Shown here one piece after another: positions 49,694-60,614 of a stretch of DNA of 64,000 nt. The DNA comes from Psammoneis japonica (lineage: Eukaryota): the NCBI GenBank assembly GCA_008632985.1, contig QPGO01000058.1:62001-126000 (forward strand). The letters are read 5' to 3'. Positions within the stretch are counted from its first letter, which is position 1. Each line of letters begins with the position of its first letter. A program made the position numbers and the translations under genes. The notes under the pieces were generated by a model. It was not told the origin of the DNA, made no database searches, and saw nothing but the letters and a program-made list of their open reading frames with translations.

Positions 49694-51903
49694 TCATGCA
49701 GAATTCTGCGGGCCCTTGCCATGCACTCGAGCATGAGCAAATGGGAGAGATCCATGGAAACCTGTTGCCGTTTCATCGCATGCTGCACATGTCCAATCAA
49801 TGAGAACAAACACCTCATCGTTCCTGTCAAAAACAACATTTTCAACTCGCACGTCAAGGTGAACAACATTTCGGGCATGAGCATGACTCAGTCCGGTTGC
49901 AATGTCCATCCACATGCTTTGTGCCACTTCCTTCTTTGGTTTCAAATTGACCTCCACAAGTGGAGTGCCTTTGCAAGAGATTGGGATGGCGGGAACGGCT
50001 GCAGCCGTCTGGCGGATTTCACAAACAAGCTTTCCCATGCCACAGAGATGAGAGATGTTGTTGCACTTCACTCCAGCATTCAACGCACGCAGTGCGCGCA
50101 TTTCCCATGTAATGTGTCGGGTCTCCCCAGCTCGAGATGCTTTGATGCACTGGTTTTCGTCATTGGAGACCCTGCACACAGTGCCATGAGCCCCGGCACT
50201 GACCACTGCTCCCGCAGACAGATTTTTGCCAAATTTTAAAGTCGGGGACAATGACCATGGATGGAAGGAAGCAGTTTGATTCTTTCATTTCTGATTGTCA
50301 AAAAAGGATGTGCCGAGACTTTCCTCTGATGCATGCAACAACTTCCAAAGTTGCTCCAACCCTTCCGGGACAGCAGACTTCAATGAACCTGGCGGAAAGA
50401 GCTTTTTCTCGAGATGTTCTCCAGACTTGTCGTTTGTCACCAACTTCTTGAAAATGTCTTGATCGACCAGTGGGAACATCTCTGCATGGCTTGTCTTCAC
50501 CTCCACACTGAGAGTCCCCATGTTGACAAGCTGGAGCCGCAATGCTTGCATGCAGACCGGTGTGAGGATTGGCCCCATTGCACTTCCGTCCACGCCTGCA
50601 TTCCCCAACTCAAAGGCAATGAGCAGCCATTTCGCACCATGCCCCACCTGCTGTTTCATGTTCTCCTCGTGCATGCTCTTTGCACTCCGTTGTTTGCTGG
50701 AGACATTCTTGACTTCCGCAGCCCCGGCCATTGTCTCCATTCGCAGCATTTTCGGTGCGCATTGGCATGACTTGCCAATGTCAAAGTCCAAAGAGCGCCC
50801 CATGCCAACAGCATGAGTTCGAGCAAATTTGCTTTCCCAGTGAATGTCTTCTCGTCCACTTGTGCCCATGTGCGACAACACTTGCATCAAGCTGCACATG
50901 AAGCCACCTCATCTGGGAAAACATGGACACCACATCACCTTCACTCTTCTCTTCATTTCCCCAGGACCAAATTGATTGGCAGTTTGTTGCATGCCAGAAA
51001 TGCATGACTCTTTGTCCTCAGCACTCCAGCTCCACTGCAATGGCTCCTTGAGCTCAGCTGCTCCAATCAAGTTGTTCCAAAACCTGGCGAAACGCTCTAA
51101 ATCCGTTCTCACATCCTCACACCCCACTGTCCACCAAGGGTTGACTGAGGGGCTGTTGACTGCATCAACGAACTTCTTCTCTTGCGTGCAAGGGCTGGGA
51201 ATCTTGACCCCATTCATCAATTCCTGAACTTGGCTCAAGTGAAACGATTCATCATCAGAGGTCACGCAACTCACTGACGAAAGACCGCTTGCCGTCTTCG
51301 TCTCGTTTTTGTTGGAAAACAGACACACAGATTCTTCATTTTGTTTCGCACCTCTTCCAGTCTTCCTGCTGACTCTTGCATTGGTTCTTCAATGCAACAA
51401 TTTAGACCAAATCCTGTGCTGCGGATGACGTTTTTTGCTTCATGACAAGACTCAGCATTGCTTTCCAACAAACACTTCAATGTGTCGTTCATTTCTGACC
51501 AGTCTGGCTCCAAGTCATGATTGCGCATGGTTTCATCTTGCGCAAGGCTGTTCACAAGCCCTGAAACCAGTTGCTTGCTGCTCTCGGGGCCACTGTTCGT
51601 GTCGCGCGACAGTTCATGGAGGACCTTTTTCGCATCTTTCACTTTTTCAAACCGCTCTTTCCAGCATTGGACAGTGCCTTTTGGAGCCTTGGGAAAGAGA
51701 GAAATGAACAAATCCAAAGCTTTGTCATCATCGCATGTGTGTTCATTCTCTGTAACTCCGTCGGCGGCGGTGGGCTTGGTCACGACAGCATGCTGACCTG
51801 CGCGATTGGTGCTCTCCCAAGCCCGTCGCTGTCTTTTCCCAATTCGAAAGGCAATTGAATCATCGTTGCTTTCGAGATCCCGTTTCGTGTCCGAAGTCGC
51901 CAT
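49694..51903 (-). pseudogene. Degenerate protein kinase-domain gene
   Basis: C-terminal kinase fold: AGAHGTVC (Gly loop), IKAS, LSHAHARNVVHLDVRVENVV, VLIDW and GSLPFA. Upstream fragments back to ATG 51903 are broken by stops and frameshifts. Confidence 0.75.
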
Positions 51904-52445
51904 GGCGTATGAGTTGTACGGTGTCGACCGACCTGGGTTGACGATGCTGATGGTGCAATGGGCTATCGTAGCCAGCGATGTTGATGTTTGATGTTGTTTG
52001 TTGTTTTTGCCTGTGTTCACTTCTGTTTTTTTTTTTTTTTAGTTTTCACCGTACCGTGGGGCGCTATTACCGTACAGTATGAAATCAGCAGTAGTCCCAT
52101 GTGCTTTCCAAGTTGAAGTTTGTTAGTAGATACCTAGTAGGCAGGCTAGTACCGTAGGCGAGGTTATGTTCAATTATGTTCTCTGCAAAAAAACTTATTA
52201 CCTTCCTCCTTGAGGTTTTAGACTAGATTCTAGATTTGTGATCTGCTGCAAGACAAGTCGGGAGGGAGTGGAGAGTGGTCGACAACACTGCATGTAGTCT
52301 AATCCCAAACTACGGTAGTCTGAAAACCACTCTTTATTTCAATTGTGTAACTGCATACGAGTACAAGTACTGTACCGTACGCTGTTGAGAGTGGAGTGGT
52401 GTTGCGTCTCTCAGCCACCGAATTCTCATTGCTACCCATCAACCA

Positions 52446-54068
52446 CTATCGCCGACGGATTCGCCTCGCAAGACGCTTTCCAATCCAATCTCGTTTACTA
52501 TGGGGCAAAGCCAATGAAGCATTACTTGTAGGCTCAACTTCATTGATAGGATCCTCAACTGTTTTCACCTCTTCTGGTTTTAAATCGACTACCATGACGC
52601 TAGAAGAGTCTGCATCCACGGTAGGTGCCAATTCTTGAGGCCTTCTGTTCGAGTACTTGCCTGACATGCGCCCTTCCAATTCTTCTTCTAATCCCTCCAC
52701 CATATTCGCTAGCACAATCACGACATTGTAAGCTCCCCTGCCTGAAGGTTGCCGCAATTCATTCACGATACCCAATGTAAGAGCTATACCGAAAACAATA
52801 AAGGAAAGATACCAGGATTGGACCTTTAGAATACCCAATCCACCAATAGTTTGCACACCAGCACCCAAAACGGGGAATGTACAGAGCACAACAGCAGCCA
52901 AACTATACAAAAGTATCATATGTATTGGAGGCAACTTCTTCTGCAAGGCACCCAATCTTCGGGCACGAGCTTGTCTCAGAGCTCGCACGGTTTTGTAAAT
53001 GATGCTTGGTTCTCCAACCGAGGTTAGAAACATGACGCGCTCAAAAGGATCGTCCACCGGACGAGCTGATAACAGCACAGCTGGTTCGGTTGCGGTTTGA
53101 AGCAAATCTTCACGGACGTAAACATCAATGCACTCCAAGATGGATTGATACATGGCCTTGCGTCCTTGACAAACCAGTGCAACTTGCTCCAGTAATGACT
53201 TGGCCACAGTCACCTCGTCAAAGAGTGCATAGTATATTTCTTCTTGTTGTTGATACATGAAATAATAAGTTTGTCCTTAACAAGTGAGAGATGGTGTTGA
53301 GTTAGTGACACAATAGAAGTAATAGTCAATAGCACTTCTACTTTGCATGGTGTAAAGGGATAGAAAACAGTGCTTCTTACCCACAAGAATGGAAAAGGTG
53401 AGTCCGCATGTTGTAAGAATGTTCTGAATATACTGCGAGTTGTCTTGGGCAATCACACCAAAGGCCTTATAGTCGTCAATCATTGCCGCCAGTGTAAGAG
53501 ACAAAGCTGGATAGACAAATGCCGCAGCGGCTCCAAAGAGTAAGGCGGGCATCCCGACACGAAGCAACGTGACAATCTGAACATAATTCTTCAATTCACG
53601 AGGATCGTCCTTGAAGTCGGCCGACACAAAGTTCTTAGCAGCTACTTCCCACACGGAAACACTCCCTCCCATATCAAGATTCTCATAAAGGCTTTCATGG
53701 TCTCTGACAGATGCAAGAAGAGAAGTCGCACCCGTGAGTCGGATGGGATATCTATGCAGGTGCGACGTAGTAGCACCGAAACAACTGAGTTTTGCGCCCA
53801 TACTATGCAGGGGTGATGACGATCTAGTAGTTGCTTGAGTGGGAAAAGAGAAACCCTTGTTTGCCATACAGGCCAAAATTATCATTGACATGAAGAATGT
53901 TGTGTATGAGCAACATGGAGGGCGGTTGCGTTTTCGCGTCATGTTGCTAATGTCGTCGGTAATCATCATCGTGGGTCGGTCAGAGAAGTGAAAAAGAGAT
54001 GGATGATGGATGCGGGTGACGGTTGATGGACAGGACAGAACCGAAGCCATTCTTTCAACAACGGCCAT
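52446..54068 (-). CDS. Integral membrane protein, possibly DUF4239-like and plastid-targeted; intron 53380-53276
   Basis: Splicing gives CGLTFSILVGQTYYFMYQQQEEIYYALFDEV. About four TM segments. The true start may be 53942 or later, ahead of a signal-peptide-like FFMSMIILACMANKGFSF. Confidence 0.75.
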
Positions 54069-54109
54069 GTCAAAGCAGTGGCTGTGCTCATGTCTTTGCT
54101 TGGTCTAGC

Positions 54110-54600
54110 TCAACCTGGAGTCGAGAATGACACAAGAGAAGCAAAAAAAAAACTTGCAGCCGACAGTGTGCCCTGTTGCCAAAAAAGAAAACTCACCAGC
54201 TTCCCCCCCCCCCCACCCAGCGCTTGCTTTTGAAGCACAGCAAACGACTGTCTTCTTCCAAAAAGCTCAGACATTGACCCCAATAACTGGCAGCAGTTGC
54301 TCCAAAAGGGTGCCAGCAACACCACAATGAATGCTGCTGTTGCCCCAGCTTGATTTGCCTCTCTGCACGAGCAAAACAGCACTCCAGCCTGTCGCTCTTG
54401 GGCTTTCCGAGAGCTGCCTCAAATGGATGATTTTTTTTGTCATCAAGGATTGTTCGCACATTTTGGATCTGTGGCCAACCTGGTCCTGCAAGCCAAGCCA
54501 CTGCGAAAAGGCAAGGAAAGCTGGAAGCCAAGCAACGCAAGCGAATGTGAGGGCGGAGATTTTGGATCTTGAGAAAGCACACCAAACTGTGACTGATCAG
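54110..54600. other. Short TpA-depleted island between divergent genes
   Basis: Only one TpA seen between 54110 and 54600. Confidence 0.6.
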
Positions 54601-54783
54601 TGCTACGTCATTGTATGAGACGATCTTATCGTGGGTTTTACACACGTAAGATTTATACCAGTGGCTACGCAAAGAGGCAGCTGCTTGGCATCTCGCTGAA
54701 AAAAACACAAGGTCTGTGTCATCGCAACATCAAAGCCGTCGTGGTCTCTTCTAAAGAACATCATCTCGAGTAGAACAGACATC

Positions 54784-55116
54784 ATGAAACTATTATCAAG
54801 CAAGGCCTTTATCTTTCAAGTCACGCTATTGGTGCTTGCTGTACTGAAGTCCGCCACGGCGCTTGGCTTGCCGGTGCCGGGCTGCTATCATTGGATGGGC
54901 CAGTACGAGGACAAGGAACTCGACGAATTCCCTCTGGAGGACCCCGATGCCGAACCCGTGGTGAAAATGGTTGGCCGAAAAAAGAGCTCGGACGTGTATT
55001 TGGAGGATCCACCCGTGATTATTCCTGCCCAGGAACTTTCCAAGGAGGAAATTTTTAGGCGATACACGGGACCACGCGCAAGGAGTCGTGACACCAACAG
55101 CGAAGAGTATTTCTAA
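54784..55116 (+). CDS. Small secreted acidic protein, unknown function
   Basis: 110-aa ORF with a clear signal peptide (MKLLSSKAFIFQVTLLVLAVLKSATA) and coding-like composition. Confidence 0.65.
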   Translation: MKLLSSKAFIFQVTLLVLAVLKSATALGLPVPGCYHWMGQYEDKELDEFPLEDPDAEPVVKMVGRKKSSDVYLEDPPVIIPAQELSKEEIFRRYTGPRARSRDTNSEEYF

Positions 55117-55582
55117 CAAACGAAAAAGAGTGTGAAATAACGTCAGAACGATTTGGCTGCACGAGGTGCTATTAGCATTGATCGATATGACGAATCGTTC
55201 TGATGGAGGACTCACGCTCGACAAAAAATTGAAATCCAACTTATGGATCGAGGGAATGAAGCTCACACGCGTGAGAGCTCAGCACCTGCGCTAAAATAAT
55301 AAAAATTTAAAAGATAAGAGAGTGGTTATGCTCTCTCCATTGCTCATCACTATCGTGCATATAATATTAGTTTCTGATCGGTGTCTCTTTCTCGATCTAA
55401 GCGGTAATTCGCTGAAATAAAGGAAGGGAATGTGGCAACATACCAAAGCTAAGATCTATCTCTAGCTATTTTTAAGAAAAGAAGCACGAAACATCATTGC
55501 AAAGAAATTTTACTTTTTGGCAAGCAAGGTCTTCTAATAGTGCATAAACAATCCCTTATATTTCCAAACAAAAAGTAGTACT

Positions 55583-56099
55583 CTACAATCCAAGTTTCTG
55601 TTCCATGGCCGAGTGAGGATTGTTGGTGGTTGCCACAACGGAGAACTCGGGCTTGCTGAGATAGTCTCCAAACTCGAGCTTGACGTCATTGCCCGTGACG
55701 GTTTCCATCATGACATTGCTGTCCGACACGGCATCCAAACCCGGCAAGCGTCCACCCACTTGCGAAGCCATGCGTCGCTCGGTTGCCAACCTCATGGCCA
55801 ATCCCGAGCCGTACACGCGGCAGACACTGTCTAAATCAAAGGTGAGCGGTTCTGAATAAAAAAACAACAAAAGAGGAAACGAGAGAGGTATCAGTATAGG
55901 AACTCATTAGAATGACAATCGCATCGACAAGGATCGACGACATATATATCATGAACTTACGATTGGAACGCTGCAATTGATCGATTGGATGCCGCTGCAG
56001 AGAACTCGAAGCCAAGTTATCTCCGTTTGGTCCAACTTCCATCACGTTGGAGGGATGCTTCATCATGGGAATGGTTGCATCGTCACTCATGGTTTCCAT
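55583..56099 (-). CDS. UMP1: Proteasome maturation factor UMP1/POMP; exons 56099-55961 and 55851-55583
   Basis: HPID motif, RVYGSGLAMRLATER, RLPGL..SNVMMETVTGNDVKLEFGDYL and PHSAMEQKLGL. Phase-1 GT-AG intron 55960-55852. Confidence 0.85.
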
Positions 56100-57555
56100 G
56101 TTTATTCAAAGTACTTTGCACAATAACAGCAACGCAAAATGCCGTCAACAACAACAACGTGCCGCGAGCGGTCGAAGCGTGGAGAATGCCGCAGAAATTG
56201 CTGTTGTCTGTTGTGTACGTTTGTCGTTTAGATTTTCGTATGCGAAGATAGACTGCATGCTACTGAAACGCAAAATTTGCGAATCGCAAATTAATTTATA
56301 AAAACAAATAGCTCGAATTTTTTCGCGATGAAAGCACGTGCGAGGTCTCTGAGTGCTTCATTTTTCGCTTCAAATGAGCAAATGCTACTGTTTCGACAAC
56401 CGAAGGTCTGTAAGTGACATGAAATAACAAACCAATCAGATTATTATCATTATGAAGAGCTATATGACGTTTTGTTTGTGAGGAAAGGCGGTGTAATCAT
56501 CCAAAAAGGTCATTTTTTGTTGAAATCTTGCGATGCGTCGGCATGAGTCTGCACCTTGAATTGCACCAGAGGATGTTGGCCGCGTCGCAAAGACGATCTT
56601 GGAGGGTGACAAGGGTCGTTTCTCGACTCGCCGCGCGATGATTTCGATTGTGCGGGGATTCGGAATTTGTCGCAAATTTTGCGATGTCGCAAATTTTTCG
56701 ATTCGGTAGCATGGAATTTTTGGCGCGAAGTTTTAGTAACTTCCAAACTTGTTGTGCTCTTCGTCTTGTCTTCGTCGTAATCTTCCTTTCAGATGAAGAC
56801 CTACCGCATACATAGTGTTAATTAAGCACGGTTGACTTAGCTGCTTCGTTGCCGGACGCCGACTGGGTGCCAGGTGCACTTCCTTGGTGTGGCATGAACT
56901 AGTCTTCCGTAGTGCAGACAAGAGAAATCGATACAATCATTCACGATCCGCGGGCATGACATTACGGAACCTACAAAAAAGGCTCTTCAAAGACCACCTC
57001 GACAACTCAACCGAAGAGTGGACGATACTCGGTCTGTGATGAATCCAGCATCCAACTGAATATGGAGAGGTGGCATCGTCGTCTGAGTCGGAATATGCAT
57101 GCAGGAGGAAGAAAAACAAGCTACGACAACTGCATCAGAGCCGCGAGTAAGCGCTGCCTGCTCTCCTTGGTGTTCATAATGTCATCATGAAGTAAATTGC
57201 ATTGTCAAGATCGCACACGTTTTTGAACTCCATTTACGTAGTGTATGGAAACTCCAATGATATCCATGCTACGCTATTGTAGGTTGAGGTGTCGATTACA
57301 GTATTGGGGACTACTGGATTCAGCCTATAAATGTAGAGTGACGTACAAGACGAACCGGCAGAATCGACCGACCGATCTTTCTTAAGTTGAGGGAGTCAAA
57401 AAGCTTCAGAAGGCTGGTATGGGTGACCAGAGCTATGAGCGAAACCGTTTTAGCAGAACAATGCGATCAGGACGAAGAGGTTTTTTGTCGTGGAGTATTC
57501 ATTTACGAGAAGTGAGGTATACAGCCTAAATACAGATATCGAAATAGTCAAATTT

Positions 57556-58098
57556 CTACACCACACCCGTTCCCGACTGTTTCGTCAATTCCATATCTGT
57601 AGGATGCCCGTATCGTTCTTCGATTCTCTCCTGACGAGAATAGGCTGCGGAAACTCGCAAAGCAATGCCCAGTACGACGAAAATTGCAAGAATACCGCCT
57701 AGTATGACATGGACAATATACTTTTGGGCAATTTCCGTACATACAAGATCATCACACTGCGGGTGCGCCGCATCCCATTCACAGCGAACCCATTCCTCCA
57801 TCTCGTCAATGCAAGCTCCGCAAGATCCTTTGCAACGATTCATCGACCGGCAAAGTTCGTGTTCTAGAACCACGCACTCGCCCCTGGATTCCACATTGGA
57901 TTCAAGCTCCTTCAGAAGACAAGAAGTGCAATCCTCGCTTCCAGTGACACCAAAATCCGTCAACAGGCACGTCACAAGAGAATCCATGTTGGATTCGCAT
58001 GGATCATAATCCCACACTTGTTGCGCCGCTGAATCTCTCGTCCCAACGGCAAGCAACAGCGAGACGACTTGAACGACAGAGCAGACCGCAGGCTCCAT
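57556..58098 (-). CDS. Small type I membrane protein with Cys-rich ectodomain
   Basis: 180 aa: signal peptide, multiple Cys, single TM (IVHVILGGILAIFVVLGIAL), short tail. Degenerate duplicate at 61.0-62.7 kb. Confidence 0.75.
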   Translation of the reverse strand: MEPAVCSVVQVVSLLLAVGTRDSAAQQVWDYDPCESNMDSLVTCLLTDFGVTGSEDCTSCLLKELESNVESRGECVVLEHELCRSMNRCKGSCGACIDEMEEWVRCEWDAAHPQCDDLVCTEIAQKYIVHVILGGILAIFVVLGIALRVSAAYSRQERIEERYGHPTDMELTKQSGTGVV

Positions 58099-58248
58099 AG
58101 TTGTTCTGAGATACAGTCTTTTGCGAAGAGTGTTTATCGTGGAGAAGCAAGAGAGATGGAGATTTTAGTTCCCCCACGATCCATGACTCAAAATGAACGC
58201 GGTTGAATTTTTGTTCCTCCAAAAAAATCTTGTGTGGGCTATTGCTTG

Positions 58249-60126
58249 CTACCGGAGGACTCAACCGGTCCCGGCGTCCGTGACTGAAATTTCACCACGG
58301 TGAAGCACGAGAGTCGAATAATTCGATTGGACTCAACCGGTCCCGATTTTGCATTGAAAACGGCATGTTGTACTTTGATGCATCTCGCCATGGCATACAT
58401 CGTTGGGTCGATGTATCTTTCATGTGGGATCTTTTTCTATCGTTGTTATAAAGAGGTTGATGCATTGGTTTGGTTTCCTGGGGGGCTTTGGTGGCGACAC
58501 ACGGTACAAACGGTTGCGTGCCTCGACTCGTGACTCGATTGCTGCACGGTACGGGTGACATCTGAATGGTCGACAACGTTGCCGTGGTAAGTTCTTTCTG
58601 TGTTTTCTCATTTTATACCGTTTATCTACTCACTAAAGATGTTGTTTGTGCTTTGTTACAGCTTCATAGGAGGATATATCGTCTCGTACGGTCGATTATT
58701 GCATCTGCAATATTGGCATCTTTTTCACGTCGTCGTCATCACAAAAGCGCATCCGTTTGGGAGCCTTGTGCTTCATCCCACTCCACATCTTTTGGTACAT
58801 CTATTTTTACTATTTATTTGGACTTGTGACAAGCTTGATATGTTTTTGAAGGTCTTGGTCGGCTCGTAATCACAGCATGTCGTTTTTCGGCGATAACAAT
58901 TTCTTGAAAGTGCATGCCGTGGGAACAAAACGATGCGATGGAGTCTCGGGGATACTCACGACATTGGCATTTGTCAGACAGCCTTTCCATAGTCCAAAGA
59001 AGGTAACCCTGTGAGCATGTTGTGATTGATTGAGTTTTGGACTCGTTTTGACGAAACTTGCATACCTCACGAGCCTTTTTTGGTGCGTCTCGATCATGCG
59101 CACAGGTGTCTGGTCCTTTTTGACCCTTTCCACCTACCCTTCAACCGCATTATCATCATTATCTAAGACACAATATTGTCCACGTTATTTTGGGAGATCT
59201 TTGTGGCGTAACTACGACTCTAGGCTTTGCAATGGGTAAAATGGGAAGGTTGAGGCTTGTGTTGGCGGGTTCATCGCCTCCTCTTGAATGCGCGGATGCC
59301 ACGAACCGCTGATGTTACTTGGGGGCATAAAAATTAGTAAGGCGACTCAGCTCTACATTTAAAAGGTGCCCTAGTGAGTATACTGTGACATGTAACCCCA
59401 ATGGATTATTATTGTGTACGTTGTTCCACTCATATTTTCATTTTGCCTGTCATTTTCCAGTGTGACTGTCGTTGACCGTTAAAGCTTGCAGTGGCATTTC
59501 CAGGCCCATGTTCTACATGACAGATATCTTTTGATACTCTTTGCTCATATGGGGAAATCAGATCCTGGAGCACTCAGTTCCTAGTCGGGTGTAGAGAGGT
59601 ACAAGTGCAATGGATGAAATTTGGACCAGGGCACAGATGGAGTTGGGGCGAACGTGCTGTTTCTTCTCGCTGGTAGAGTTAGTTAGTGTGGGTGTGCGTG
59701 CGGATGGCCTCTCTATTTAGGGCTACTACTCTCTAGAGTGCTACAGTGCCACTCTAGAGTAGAACTTGGCGCAAAAGGTAAGAGATCAATTTTTTTGTGA
59801 TTTTCGACTCGTCGCGGCATCTTCGGCGTTGTCCGTTGACGACGATAAGCAATCCATTGAAATGACTTATAGACTTATAGCATTTTGTTGTTCTTTAGAG
59901 ATATGATTGTATAGCTTCTAGTATTCTAGCTTTCTTCAAGGGTAGGATTGTATCGCATGTCCTTCGGGAAGAAGTCGCTTTGCGTTATCATTGCGTTGTG
60001 GCGGCACTCTCAAACTCATCCATCGCGGCGGCTTGTGCGTAGGGCTACGTACTAATTCTAGCGAGCGTCCGTCAGTCAGCCGGCGGGACCGGTTGAGGCA
60101 GCGGGACCGGTTGAGTCCGCCGGTAG
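58249..60126. mobile_element. Non-autonomous TIR DNA element (1.88 kb) with 4-bp TSD CTTG
   Basis: The left end CTACCGGAGGACTCAACCGGTCCCG matches the reverse complement of the right end CTACCGGCGGACTCAACCGGTCCCG at 24 of 25 positions. CTTG at 58245-58248 and 60127-60130. Subterminal copies of the motif at 58329-58345 and 60083-60097. Absent from the duplicate site at ~62830. Confidence 0.85.
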
Positions 60127-60130
60127 CTTG

Positions 60131-60340
60131 AGAGTTGTTGCTGTTGTGTACGTTTGTCGTTTAGATTTTTGTTTTGGTCTCCATCCATCACTCGCGCACG
60201 TCAAAACCAAATTCGACAAAATCAACAACGTTGATAAAATCGAAAAATGACGCCAACCGCCGAGGCCGAGACCGCGACCATGGAGAGGTTTCCCACTGCA
60301 CTGGCCTTGACAGGTGTCGTGGAATTTACCTCCTTACACA
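60131..60340 (+). pseudogene. Truncated duplicate of the MFS transporter promoter and first codons
   Basis: Aligns to 62837-63145, e.g. accatggagaggtttcccactgcactggccttgacaggtgtcgtgga vs accatggagaagtttcttattgcactggccttgacgggtgtcgtgga. Confidence 0.8.
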
Positions 60341-60614
60341 TGAGCAAAACTGGTCAAGTTTCATACAAGGGATGAATGAATCTTTGAACAGGAGGATTGC
60401 ACCCAATCTTCTGGCTAGAATCACGTCCAGCGCCAGCCGCGCTCTTTGCGCTGAAGGCATCGGATGGCGTGTTCGGTGATCTGCCATTCAGACAGACAGT
60501 GTCTTCTTTCAGACGCTTGTTGTGCAGATGGATGAAAAGTTCAGCAATGAAAACATCCAAAACAGACCACCTTTAGAAACAATCTGTGGCAAATGGAAAC
60601 GGCCTTCAAAATTG

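Larger units (their letters stand above)
42120..51890. other. ~9.8-kb TpA/CpG-depleted hypermutated block containing gene relics and repeats
   Basis: About 20 TpA counted by eye in 42121-46040, of which 13 are YTAR. The many Cys/His-rich spurious ORFs follow from loss of TAA/TAG stops. Confidence 0.85.

Noticed and set aside
19920..51890. Dozens of overlapping Cys/His-rich ORFs in the TpA-depleted blocks, as novel metal-binding proteins
   Set aside because: They are by-products of lost TAA/TAG stops and TG/CA enrichment, and appear in all six frames.
52026..52040. Poly-T run as retrocopy poly-A tail of the kinase relic
   Set aside because: It lies at the 5' side of the minus-strand gene, which is the wrong end.
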